Source: Camelus dromedarius
Lineage: Eukaryota
Direction of reading: 5' to 3'
DNA length: 64,000 nt
NCBI RefSeq assembly: GCF_036321535.1
Contig: NC_087447.1
Span: 43,588,001 to 43,652,000 of the forward strand
In this document: positions 36,300 to 48,110 of the stretch, piece by piece
Numbering within the stretch: the stretch's first letter is position 1
Layout: each line of letters starts with the position of its first letter
The notes under the pieces: generated by a model
What the model saw: the letters and a program-made list of their open reading frames with translations, nothing else
Told to the model about the DNA's origin: nothing
Database searches by the model: none
Position numbers and translations under genes: made by a program

Positions 36300-39200
36300 A
36301 AATCCCCCCTTTCCTTGTTACTGCTCCTCCTTCTTGAGAGGCGCTGAAGAGTGAAGGTCTCACCTCTGAAGCTGCTTCCTGCTGAACACAGGAAAGTTTT
36401 TCCCTGGATTAGAGGAGCAGAAGTCTTCCCTCATTACCCTAAAAGAAGTCTGATTGTTGCCAGGCTGCAGTCCCAATTGCTTGTACCCTTGTGTTAGTAA
36501 CATCTGAGGTTTGATGGCTTCAAGCTGTTTACTAACAAAGTTAAGCAAGGCCCGAAGATAAGCAGGAGGATAATAGCAATTAGTGAGCTGAGAAATGGGG
36601 GGAGGGGAATATTAGGCATATTCCAGATGGAGCTTGGACTGTTGTGTTATGTCTGTGTAACCATTGAGCTTACTCACATATCTTTTTTATGTTTGCCTCA
36701 ATCTGACCAGAGTTAGTGACATACGTGCCGCAGGTTTTATTAATAACTGTGCATACTCTGCCCCCCTTGCTCAGCCAGGGGATAGTCAAGGGCCAGCCTG
36801 TTGTCGGGAACATTTGCTAGTGGGTCCAGAGAAGTACGGAGGCCTTGTAAGGCATCCCCCATATATTTAGACAAGTCCTCAAGGACCCTTGTGAGATTTT
36901 TGTAAAGTGGGGCCTCTAGTCTGAAAGCAACCCCGACTTCTGCCAGAATGAGTCCTCTTGCGCTTTTATCTTGGGCTGGGTGACATTACGAATGGTATAC
37001 CTAGGTTCCCAGAACTTAGCAGGCCTAGCGGCGTGCATTGTCAACCAACTCGGGCATTATCTAAACAAGGATAGGCTAGAGCCCATCCCAGAGAAGGGAA
37101 GGAGGAGCTTGGGTTGTTCTGATGGGGCAATTGGTTTATTCTGAGCCACAAAGGAACAGGTACCCAGGGAGCGTGCATGCCTGGTGCACTTCTGGGGAGG
37201 TAAACCTCCTCTGTAGGTGGCTGGCCCAAGAGGGGATGCCCTTGCAGTGTGGGGAGAGAGGCCCATCTGCATAGCAGAGGTCCCTGGGGGATTCTGGACT
37301 AGTGGCTATTTCCCTGGCCTTAGGAAGGCCATATACTAAACACCAGACGACCAGTGTTCTCTCTCCTCAGTGTGTACGTCTCCCCTCTAGTCCTTGTGTG
37401 TACTCATTGAATCGTTCCTGAGGGCACCAATGGGTGAGATATCCCTAGGAGTCAATCCCGAAGCACTGAAATTGTGGAGTAATAGAAGGAGCATTGATTG
37501 CAGTCCAGGGCAGCCCCAAGGTGTTATTGCAAGTTCTTCCCTTTGGTAAGGGCATTTGATAGGGGCAGTGGCAGCAAGATGGGTTAGAGTGATGGCACTG
37601 GTTTAAAGTGAGTGCTTTGTATTTGTTAGAAATGTTAATGCCAGGGTGAGGTCCAAGCAGGGAAGCTGCACTAGGGATGGGAAGGTAACTTTAAAAGGGA
37701 TAGGTTTAGCAGAACCGTTAGCCAAGGTAAGAGTGAGGTTGTCCTTCTCAGGGATAAAATGTAATATCTTTCATCCATAGGTGTCACTTTGAGGGTAGAG
37801 GTGACAGATCCAGCACTGGGAAAGATTTTGTCCGTGGGCTGTAATTCTTTTTGGGGGGTGGACAGGGCTATGATTCTTGAGAGATTTACTACTGCATTGC
37901 ATTCCCATTCTGCGTGGACAGTTTATAAGAGACAGGACAGAGTTAAGAAGAATAAACAACAGCTAGTCATCCTGCTTTCAATATTAATATCCCCTATAGA
38001 CAGAAGAGATGTTTGCCTGAGAGAGGGGGGCCAGGCAAAATAGTAGAAGCCGAGTAAGGCAATACCAAAGCCAAGGCCAACTACGAAGACTGCCTGCCAC
38101 ATTACTTAATTATTGGTAAGTTTGTCCTCATGAAAAGTAACTTAAGAGCTGTGACAGGTTCACAGGTGTATTGAGTGAGTGGCTCAGTAACTTATTCCTC
38201 AGGTGTAGGTGCTGTCTTCACTCTGATGTGGTGTATGATACGATATTTTTGTCTCTGAGATAAATTGTAGTTCCCAATTTATATAGTAATTCTCTTCCTG
38301 TTAGAAGAATTGGGCATTCTGGAACATATGAGAGTGAGATACCATTTTCCCTTTGAAATCACACTCAAGGGGCTCTATGAAATTGCACTCCTGTGACTTC
38401 CCTTCCACTCGCACGGTCTTACCTTTATCTTGGTTATTTTGCTTTGTTGGGTGTTCAAACCAAGTACAAACCAAGGTGTTCAAACCCCTGTGTCAACGAA
38501 AAAGTCAACGTTTTTACCCACTATGGTCAGGGTCAGCCATGGCTCCTTGGGGGTGATTTCCAGGGTGCTCTGAGGAGCCCCTGGGCCCCTACAATCTTCT
38601 TTTTCTTCTTTTATGTGTGCAGCCAGTGAGACTAGGCCAGGATATGGTGGTCCACTTAGTTTCCTTCTAAGACATTTGGGGCATTCCCCTTCCAATGACC
38701 CTCCTCCATGCAGTGTGCACAATGATTGATTTTAAGACCTCTCCACTGTGGGCATGGTCTTTGAAACCCAAGGCAATCAGTTCATCCCTTTGCGGGTTGG
38801 GGGTTGGGGTCATTCCTGGGAGGTCGGGGTCGATTGACCCTGAATCGCTAAAGCCAGAATACTGGCAGTTCATTCCACTCCTTTATCTTCCTTTGCATCC
38901 ACCTCTGTGTCTCTGTTGTTGAACACCCAAAATACTGATTCCACCAGCCGGGAAGTGGGCATGGTGGGTCCTATCTTCAACTTTTGTTAATTTCTCCTAA
39001 TGTCTAGGGCACTCTGGGAAATAAAATGGCTCTTAAGAATGGCCTGCCCGTCCACTGACTCTGGGTTTACATATTTTGTAAACTTTTTTTTTTTTGGTAA
39101 ACTTTTTGTTTTTGTGTTTTTGTGAACTCCGGGTTTGTTTTTTGCACCCGTGTCAAACATCCCCTGGACACTACCTCAAACAGCAACACGCGTCTTTGTT

Positions 39201-39419
39201 GTAGGTATGCTTGGGGGTGGGCGTTGTCTTTACTGGGGAGCAGTCCACTGGATCCTTGGCTGCTTTTCCATCTCAAGTGTAAGTTGGTAGCCCTCACTGG
39301 CCCAGAGGTTGAGAACTGGGGGCAGACTGCCCAGTTATTTAGCCAGCTTTGTCAGCTCTGGGTCAGTGAGTAAACTTTGAGTTACTGGAAAGAATGGGCC
39401 CCCGCTGGGCACCAAAATT

Positions 39420-40071
39420 TGTGACTGAATTAAGTCATATGGACCCTGCTCAGGCCCCACCCCGGCCGAGGCTCTCTGTCTTGGCTAGGAGGGTTCCTTT
39501 TCTGTTCAGGTTCCAATAGGCGAATACTGAAATTGAGGCTGAGATCAGTAAAGCACAAGCTTTATTCAGTGACCAAAGAATGGAGAAGTAGGGACTAAGT
39601 TCACAGGTCAACTTCTCACCCACCTGGTGAGAAGAATTTAAAGAGTAAAGACAAAGGGAGGAGGAGTGAGGCTAATGATGGAGCTAATGCATGTATTAGT
39701 CCCCTGGGGAGGGGGCAGGGCTTTTTCAGGGAGTCAAGTGCTACCCCCCCTTTTTTTTTTATCCTTTTTGTGTCCTTCATGTCTGATCCTGTCATTTATT
39801 ATGCTAATATAGTAAAATGAGCATGTAATAAGACTCAGAATCTGTTGGAGGTCAGGTTTGTCCCATCTTGGTCCCAGCTGGTTGCATCTGTCTTTTTCTT
39901 TTTTGTGTGAGTAGCTTTGTGTCTTATCTCTGGACCGTTTAACTTCAAGATTTATGTTTACTCCTGCTAAAGGTGGCGAGGTGGGATTTGGCAGGTTTTG
40001 AGCAAGGACACTCCTGCTAAAGGTGGGGGGTGATGGGTTTTCAGCAAAGACCTGGAGCAGCTCTGGTAACA
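39420..40071 (-). repeat. 5' LTR of the provirus
   Basis: Begins TGTTACCAGAGCTGCTCCA on -, followed by the PBS; aligns by eye with 35646-36299. Confidence 0.85.
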
Positions 40072-40547
40072 GATGTACTCACCCCACCCCTACACCTGCT
40101 CTAGCCAGACCTGGAAGGGGGAGTGGGGGAGGCGAGCCCCAGCCCTCTCAGCTCTCAGCAGCTCATCTCCGGTCACCTTCATTCCAAATCAGAAGCAGCA
40201 TCCTCACCCGCTCCGCCTCAAGGAGGGAGCTCCCAGGGCTTGCACCTTGGCTGTAGCCGGGATGGAGGCAGATGGGCAGGAAAGGCCCGGTGACGTTAGG
40301 ACTGCTGGGCCGTCTGCCTGGGGGTTTGAAACATCCTGCCTTGTCTGATCTGCAGCTGACCCCTCCCCACCCTCCACCACAGGTTCAGCCTGTCTTCTGT
40401 TGTAGTACCTTTACCTCTGCCTAGTTTCTTTCAGGCACAGCCCTGCTTCATACATGCCTTTGGTGGGGAGGGTGCCGCTGCCCCTGAGAGCAATCCTGCC
40501 CGGAACAAGCAGGACCTGAGGTGCCCTGCTCACATTGTGTCTGGTAG

Positions 40548-40691
40548 GACCCGTCCCTGCTCCTCGCCATTACTGTTATTGGGGTCACTGTGCTCCTGTT
40601 GGCCCTGAAGAACATGAACTTCAAGAGGAGACATCCCATCACCTTACAGGACCCTGAAACCAAGTACCCTCTGCCCTTGATTGAGAAAGAG
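40548..40691 (+). CDS. CYB5R2: NADH-cytochrome b5 reductase 2 exon 2 (internal ATG at 40614 gives a 276-aa form)
   Basis: tag/gtgatg; DPSLLLAITVIGVTVLLLALKNMNFKRRHPITLQDPETKYPLPLIEKE. Confidence 0.92.
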
Positions 40692-40941
40692 GTGATGGTT
40701 CATCCCTCTGTTGTCGGGGGTGGGATGGGTGATGCTAGAGGAAGACGAGAGGAAGACGAAGTGGTGGGGAATGTGATGGCTGGGGAGGCAGGGCAGTTGG
40801 ACACGCATTTCGTGGCCTCTAGTTTGCTCCCCACTGCCACTGCCTGTTGTGTGTATCTGCTGGGAGCTCTTTCCCATCTGAGCTGCCCAACAGGGCTTCC
40901 AGAAAGCTGACAGAGCTTGCCTCTGTTTTCTGTTTTATTAG

Positions 40942-41014
40942 CAAATCAGTCACAACACCCGGAGGTTCCGCTTTGGACTGCCATCACCAGACCATGCCTT
41001 AGGGCTTCCTGTAG
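40942..41014 (+). CDS. CYB5R2: CYB5R2 exon 3
   Basis: tag/gtgagt; [24 protein letters not shown]. Confidence 0.95.
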
Positions 41015-43259
41015 GTGAGTGGGGTTTGGTGTCATCACTGGGACCTGGGCCTTGCAGGCACTCTGCTCCTGCCAGAAACTCAGCTGGGGTTTAAAGGTTG
41101 CCCTGCTACCTTTCCTGAGCCATATGAGCTCAGAGAGGTAGAGAGAGGGGGTTGGGGACAGTCCATTTGCTTTTTCATTGTTCCATTTGGGCTGACACAA
41201 AAGTGATACCTTAATGAGCATTGAAAAGAAGTGAGTCTAGAGTCAGAAGGTCTAAGATCTTGTTGCCTGCTCCTTGCTGGGCAACTTTAGGCAAGTCCCT
41301 CAACCTCTCTGAGCCTCAGTCTATGAAATGGGGTTTCCCAAGGCCTGTCTGCCACTTCTGTCGTGAGGATTAAGTGATTGATGGATGTGAAAAATCAGGA
41401 ATTGTAAAGTGCTGTGCCCATGGGAGGGATGGGAAGAACTGACATTCTCACACAGTCAGGAGAAAGGCCCAGAATGTCTGGAGAGGCAGGAGGGAGTCAG
41501 ATGTTCCCCACCACACACAGTATGTGGTTTCTCAGCAGGGGCCTCAGACCCACTCAAGGAGGGGTCCATTGTGGATACCAGCCCTAGCAGTCCTAGAGTT
41601 CTGAGTTACCTGGTTTCTAATCTCTCCTGCCACCAGATGGCTGTCAGTCTTAGTGCTCTGCTAGGCCTACTTCCTGGAACTTTGCACAGAATGCTAGTGC
41701 TGCTTGCCTGCCTGATGGATATCTTCCACAGCCTACTTGGCTTGTGTGCACGGGACAGAACCTTGATGTCACCTCTTAAGGCAATGAAATTACCCACGAA
41801 GCAGCCAGCCTGGCCCCCCAGCCTCCATGCTGCTGCTTCTCTCCGTCTTCAGCCATAAGAACTCAGCATCAGCCTGCCTTCCAGCTCGGCCTGTGCGGTC
41901 AGTCCTGTTGGCGAGAAGGCTAAAGAATGGAAACCTCTGAGAAATAGAATGTCTTAGAAACTGTCATGACCCACTCTGTCAGCACCGGCGCAGGCAGCGC
42001 ACAGTTTAGGGGGACCAGGTAATTGAGAGGCATCTGGGAGAGCCTCTGGAGACTGCTCATGCTTCCCAGCTCCGCTGAAGCAAAGCTGGCTGGAGATGAG
42101 GCTGTTTTCTCTGGGGTGGCTGCCAGGCCAGGGTCAGGTTGGTGGAATCTGCAAGAGCCTTTCTAAGGTTTCCAGTATCAGATTAGTTCTCAGCAGGAAG
42201 CTGCCTCAGGTGATTATTCCTGGGTAGCCCAGGTGCCCAGCCGCGCCACAGCCAGGGTCTTGTTGAGCCTGTCCTTTCTGAGCCCAGAGTGTTTGAGCCT
42301 CAGGCTTCAGGGCCCCTCAAAGGCTCTGTCTCATTCCCCTCTTGTGTCCCCTCCCTCCTTGTCCCCCTTTCTTCCTCTTCTCTGTCTTTCCCTAGGTCTT
42401 GCTTCTGGCTGCACATCTGCTCCCTCTGTCTGGTGCAGGCACAGCCTCTCTTCCCTCAGATACTGACACAGAACTTTCCCTTGCCTCTGTCTCTCAGAAT
42501 CTCTCGATTGCAGCTTCTGCTTCACCACTAATTGCTTTAGTCACTGGTCTCCCATGTTCCAACAGAAATGTGAGTGGCCCAGTTCATCGCGTCATGCTGG
42601 GATGTAGTCATGACTTGTAGGTCTCTGGCCACACCTGGTCCATTCATTTCCACCCTGGACGGGCAGAATTACATGGTTCAGAACTTCACCACTGCCCTTC
42701 AGCAGAACCATGGTGCCACAGTGGTCCTGCTGGAACACCTGGTCCATGGGTGTCTGAATCCTGGGGTCCTGCATGCCTGTGAGCCCAGGCTGCTCTGTGC
42801 CAGGCAGCGGGGTACAGATGAGGGGCTGTGACTCTTCCAGTGCTACATCCAGTTTAGGAAGAAATGACTTTGGGAAGGCAGCATATTTGGCTTTAAAAGG
42901 GAAACACCTTTCTGTAATTTTTAATATTCAGCCTCCAGCTTTAATTAGCTCTTCCTGCTCCACAGAGCACTTTGACACAGTGAGCACACCCTGATGGTAG
43001 GTTTCCTGTATGTGATGCCCACCACTACACTGTCATGGAACCAGGGCAGGTACATAGGGGTGAAGTGACTTACCCAGGGTTGCACATGGAGTGATGAGGG
43101 CAGGCCTAGGAACTGGGCATCCTGGACTTGGGCCCCTCCCTCATGCATCCTGCTGCGCTGTGCACCCTGCCCCTCTCCCAGGCTCAGTCCTTTAGAGCAA
43201 TCCTGGGTCCTGTTTAGGCTGGCCCTGCTTGGTCGTAACATTTAGTGCTTTCTCTGTAG

Positions 43260-43366
43260 GTAACTATGTTCATCTCTTGGCCAAAATTGATGATGTTTTG
43301 GTGATCAGGGCTTATACGCCTGTGTCCAGTGATGATGATCTTGGCTTTGTGGACTTAATCATAAAG
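43260..43366 (+). CDS. CYB5R2: CYB5R2 exon 4 (FAD-binding RxYTP motif)
   Basis: tag/gtaagt; [36 protein letters not shown]. Confidence 0.95.
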
Positions 43367-43630
43367 GTAAGTGATGCCTACCACGTCCAGCCGCATCACC
43401 CCCACAAGCCTGTTCAGGGTGGTGGGGGAAGGAACATGTGCCCAGGACAGGGCTTCCCAGCAGTGTCACATAACAGTGAAGCTGCTGACCTGCGGAAGTC
43501 TTCAGGGGCTGCTTAGAGCGAGTGCAGAGGATTTTCTCCGCGTGGTTTCTGGTGGCAGACAGATTTTTGAGTTGTGTGTGGCCATGGCCTCGGGTCTAAG
43601 GTATGAAAACTATGCTGCCTTATTTTTCAG

Positions 43631-43760
43631 ATCTACTTCAAAAATGTACACCCTAATCATCCAGAAGGGGGGAAGATGACTCAGTACTTGGAGAACATGA
43701 AAATTGGGGACACCATCCTTTTTCGAGGGCCATCTGGGCGCCTTTTCTATCAGGGGTCAG
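43631..43760 (+). CDS. CYB5R2: CYB5R2 exon 5 (GGKMT motif)
   Basis: cag/gtact; [43 protein letters not shown]. Confidence 0.95.
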
Positions 43761-44362
43761 GTACTGGGGGGTTCACAGTGGGCCTCTAGCTGGGAGGGGG
43801 AAGATCCCTAAGGCTGTTACATGGTTCTAGAAAACTACTCAGATTTGAGTCACGTGGACTTTTCCCTCAAGTCTTCCTACGTTCATTCACACTGGAGGAG
43901 ATTATCAGCGTCATGAAGGTACAGGGGTGATTTGGTGTTTCCTCATCACTATATCTCCAGCACGATGCCTGAGACACGAAAGGCACTTGCTAATGCTGAA
44001 AGATGGATGGTGGGTGGGTGGAGTGCACTCATCCTTTTACACACACGCTCATCATTTACACTCATTCACACTGGGTAAGAGTACTGTGTGAGGCTCCATG
44101 TTAGCTTCAGCATGTCTCCCTCCTTCCTCAGAAGAAAAGGCCCAGTTATTCCCCGAGGATACCCCGGCTCTACTGCCACCTTGGGCAGCAGTGAACCTGG
44201 GCTGGCCAAAGAGGGCACCCTGGCTTGCTCCTCTGGCAAAAAATGGTGCATCCACTCCCTTGGGTGGACTTGCTTCCTGGGAATCCCAAGGAAAACGTCT
44301 GTGAGGTTCTGCAGGCTCTCAGTCAAGAGCTTCAGGCATCAGAAGTATCCTCTGTGTTTCAG

Positions 44363-44446
44363 GGAAGTTTGCCATCAAGCCGTACAAAATGAGTGAGCCT
44401 GAAAATAAACTGGTCCATCACCTGGGAATGATTGCTGGGGGCACAG
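44363..44446 (+). CDS. CYB5R2: CYB5R2 exon 6
   Basis: cag/gtaag; GKFAIKPYKMSEPENKLVHHLGMIAGGT. Confidence 0.95.
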
Positions 44447-45193
44447 GTAAGAGGCTACTGGGGGCCTGAACCACAGGGTCAGCTCTGACACCTTTCTGGC
44501 TTCGGAGTCATTTGGTCTTACAAGGGGTGATGGGAGAGATTCCTTCTGTTTTAGATGGGAGCGCAGCGACAATGACATATCTTGACACTGACCCTGTGCA
44601 CCCCGCTCCCCTTAGTCAACATGGGGGCTTCCCCAGGAGCCCCTGGAACCTCTCAGGTCAGGCTGGGAACAGGGCAGAGGCTGGGGGCCAGCCTGGGCAA
44701 GTCCACACGTGGTCTGCCAAGGGCTCTTAGATCCTGTTCAAGGCTGCTGCTCCCCATCCCTTGAAAATGAATGCCTGGAAGATGAGAGCAAATGTGACAA
44801 GAACTACAACATGCCAGGCACCAAAACGGGCACTTATAAAACTATCACATTTACTCGCTATTAATTCTGTTTTAGAAATGGGGACACTAAAGAGCTCAGA
44901 TGTGCCTGACTCACCTTAGTCGGACAGTTAGTGAGGGAGCTGGGTGTGAAATGCAGCCCGATTCCAAAGCCAGTGCTCCCTCCGTCTTGCTGTGTAAACA
45001 TGATGGGCTTTTGCTTTATTGTTGCATCAGAAGGGAAAACCAAAATGAAGGGTGGGTACCCACCTGGAGTTCTGGGGACAGAAGTGAGAAAAGTAAAATC
45101 GGGGCCAGGGAAACTCACGAAGCTGCTGCCGCCTGGGGACTGTGGGCACCAGATGGGGAGGGACAGCCGGCCTGCCCACTGACTGTGTTCCAG

Positions 45194-45279
45194 GGATCAC
45201 GCCCATGCTGCAGCTCATCCGCTGCATCACCAAGAAGCCCAGTGACAGGACCAGGATGTCCCTCATCTTTGCCAACCAG
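45194..45279 (+). CDS. CYB5R2: CYB5R2 exon 7 (completes the NADH-binding GGTGITPM motif)
   Basis: cag/gtcagt; GITPMLQLIRCITKKPSDRTRMSLIFANQ. Confidence 0.95.
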
Positions 45280-46353
45280 GTCAGTCTGCGGAGTCAGCCC
45301 TGAGTCAGCAGGGGTGGGATGCAGTGTTCATCTGTTCACTGGCCAGGCCTCTGCATCCGCTCTCCACGCTCATGGAGCTCATGCTGCTCAGGTGCCTGTG
45401 GTCACGGGAGGGCTCGCGGCCAGAGACGCTGAGTCCAGGCCTGTTTCCATTTGTTTGGGTTTTTTTTAACTCTCGTCTTCCCAACTGACCACAAGCACTA
45501 AACTTTCCTTCCTTATTTGGTACATAATTCTGTTTATAAAATCATAGATGCCTTTAGTGGAAATTTCAGAAAATACAGAAGCAAACAAATGTTTTACTTT
45601 TTTAAAATCTTTTCTGTATATGGTATATATTTACAATTACACATACAGTTTTTCATTTTTGGGGTTTTTTCACTCATCATTGCCACACAGGCCTTTTCCT
45701 CTCGTTAAAACTCTATAAATACTTTCATTTGAGTCTATACCAAGTTGTACCGTCCTTTACTAAATCTTCCACATTCAGGTTGTTTTCAGTTTTCACAGTT
45801 ACAAACAATACAGCACTGAATAATTGTGTTGAGGCTTTATCACGCTTAGATGGTTTTCTTAAACAGAATCACATAAGTGGAATCACTGGGACAAGGATCG
45901 GGATGAGTTTTAAGATCCGGGTCTTGTGGGCAGCATCTCTGAGGCTTTGGCTCACTTTCCCCAGCAGAGGTTCCAGCCTCTGCCTCTCTCCTGTAGCTCT
46001 CCAGTGCTGCAGACTATGTACACTGTCATAGATCACTGCCCTGGCCCCTCGCAGTCCCTGCAGATCCCAGGACAGTACGGATTTGCCTTGCCTGGCGCTC
46101 AGAGTGGATGCTGGTGGTGGGGCTGGTACCCCTAGGGCTCAGCCACATCCTCTGGCTTGAGGGCCGTCACCCAGCGCCTCCCCCCTACAAGAGGGGGTTT
46201 GTGTGCAGCTGTGGCAGAATTTGCCACAGAGCTGGCAGTGAGTACCCAAGCTAGAGCTGGGTGACTGGGGCGGGTGTGCCCTGACCCGTGTGCTGGGTCT
46301 GGGAACAGGTGGGATACCCTGGAAGGATGTGGCTCATGTTGCTTCTCTTCTAG

Positions 46354-46453
46354 ACAGAGGAGGATATCTTGATGAGAAAAGAGCTTGAAGAAGTTGCCAG
46401 AACCCATCCAAAGCAGTTCAAACTGTGGTACACCCTGGACAGGCCTCCTGTTG
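46354..46453 (+). CDS. CYB5R2: CYB5R2 exon 8
   Basis: tag/gtatgg; [33 protein letters not shown]. Confidence 0.95.
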
Positions 46454-46933
46454 GTATGGCCCCCATTGTCCCTGCTGTGGGTCCCCTTGACTCAGTCAAT
46501 GACTAGTCCCTGGGTGGGTTGGTTGGTTAGATCTGGGCTTGGTGGCTGAGGCCTTGGGCCATGTCGCCACAGGGGAAATTCAGGAAATTGAGGAAGAGAG
46601 GATTTGGGATGACCTGCTTGTAAGGGCAGCCTAGGGCAGGCGTCCAGTATCAGCAGCACGCTGCACACTACACTGAACATCGGGAACACAGAGGCCCCAG
46701 GCCACCCTGAACACCCCCTCCACACGGCATCCCACAGAGCCATCACTCACACTACATCTGATACGGCCACTGACCCTTCTGACTCTGCACCACTCACCTT
46801 GCTGAGGATAGCAGTCCTCACAAGCTGAGTCCCATACAGCTGCTGCAGCCCCAGTCAGCTCCCAGCCACAACACAACACCCCACAGGCCCTCACGGTCCA
46901 GAGCTGTGCCTGCCTTGTCATACAGCTCGCTGC

Positions 46934-46947
46934 CCAGCAGAGGGCAC
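46934..46947 (+). promoter_or_regulatory. Candidate CTCF site
   Basis: CCAGCAGAGGGCAC matches the CCASYAGRKGGCR core; motif only. Confidence 0.4.
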
Positions 46948-47330
46948 CACCCAACCGATTGAGCAGCCCCCAAATGCCACAGGGCACACTGCCCAGAACA
47001 GCTCTCCTCCACCAGACTGCTTTGAGTCACACCACACCTGGGTGCCTTTATCTCACTCTCACCAGTGCTTACAGCAGGCAGACACCAGCGCCAGGGCGTC
47101 AGAGTCCCAGCAGTGAGACTGAGATCTGAGATACTGAAGAGGGCTGCCTGGGTCCCCCATGTCCTCTACTCCCAGCTCTCTGCAGAGAACAGTAGTGCAG
47201 GTGTCTAGGCCTTGGCGAGCAGGCTTGTCTCCCTCTTTCTCGCTTGAGCGAGGGAGGGCAGGTGGTCGAGAGGCCAGGGGTCAGTGAAACTATCTGGCCT
47301 CCCCAACAGCTTTCTTCTGCTTGATCTCAG

Positions 47331-47503
47331 GCTGGAAGTACAGCTCAGGCTTCATTACCGAGGATATGATCAAAGAGCACCTCCCGCCTCCTGGGAGGTC
47401 CACATTCATCCTGGTATGTGGCCCACTAGCCCTGATCCAGACAGCTGCACACCCAAACCTGGAGAAACTGGGTTACACCAAGGATATGATTTTCACCTAC
47501 TAA
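47331..47503 (+). CDS. CYB5R2: CYB5R2 last coding exon (CGP motif, TAA stop)
   Basis: cag acceptor; GWKYSSGFITEDMIKEHLPPPGRSTFILVCGPLALIQTAAHPNLEKLGYTKDMIFTY*. Confidence 0.95.
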
Positions 47504-47710
47504 CACCTCCCTTGCTCTGACCAAACTTGTCTGGTCGCCTTCATCTTTCTAAGTGAGCTCAGCTTCACCATGTTAAACAGGGAAGTGACTTGTAATGCAC
47601 CTTGGGTACCTGGTGCTCCTCCGGTGTGGGGTGAACAACAATGGTTCCGGTTTCCTTGCTTGGGGGAGGCCTGAGGAATTTCATTTCAGTATCCCCCTCC
47701 CCATAGTTAG

Positions 47711-47724
47711 TTTATTGAAATAAA
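47711..47724. terminator. Back-to-back poly(A) signals: AATAAA on + (47719-47724, CYB5R2) and on - (47711-47716, PPFIBP2 long form)
   Basis: Sequence TTTATTGAAATAAA, ~210 nt after the CYB5R2 stop and ~340 nt after the PPFIBP2 long-form stop. Confidence 0.7.
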
Positions 47725-48053
47725 GTTAAGTGCAGGAGATATGGGATGAGTGTGGTTCTGTTTGGGAGGGGGAGAGGAGAGAATGGAGGGAGGAAAGGAA
47801 GGACAGACGGACAGACTGGACTCATTACACGCGTAACGTGGCCTGCCTCTTCAGGCATCTGACTTCTGTATTACCCAGTCCTGCCACTAGGGGCGTGGTG
47901 TAGTGAACATGCCCGACTTCGTCCTGTCGGCTGTCGGAGATGCCCTGCTGCCAGGCCTGGGCTCTGCAGGTGGCTGTGGGCCACCCCCCCCATTGCAGAC
48001 TCGGGCCCTACACATGCCTGACCGGGCCCTCAGCCAGTAAGCGTCATCTCCAG

Positions 48054-48110
48054 TCAGTTGGGAGCGGCCAGGTGGGAGTCAGTCAGCAGCTGGTCTTGGG
48101 TCAGCATGGT
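48054..48110 (-). CDS. PPFIBP2: Liprin-beta-2 last exon of the long form (TMLTQDQLLTDSHLAAPN*)
   Basis: tcctttcag acceptor, phase 0, TGA at 48054-48056. Confidence 0.72.
   Translation of the reverse strand, partial: TMLTQDQLLTDSHLAAPN

Larger units (their letters stand above)
35646..40071 (-). mobile_element. Internally deleted ERV1-class (gammaretrovirus-like) provirus, antisense in CYB5R2 intron 1
   Basis: Two similar ~650-bp LTRs with TG...CA ends; tRNA-Lys-like PBS TGGTGCCCAGCGGGGGC (~39398-39414); PPT AAGGAAAGGGGGGA (36303-36316); relics of a gag zinc knuckle, protease (FFVDTG, CP.LL.GRELL.KLG), integrase tail (IHHIRVK) and env (CWICH, NFVSKQLEAIK). Confidence 0.88.

Noticed and set aside
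36330..38050. Env region as a possible captured syncytin-like gene
   Set aside because: Broken into short ORFs by stops and frameshifts; no intact env frame.
46640..47040. CA-rich low-complexity intronic stretch in CYB5R2
   Set aside because: No stable repeat unit or structure could be defined.
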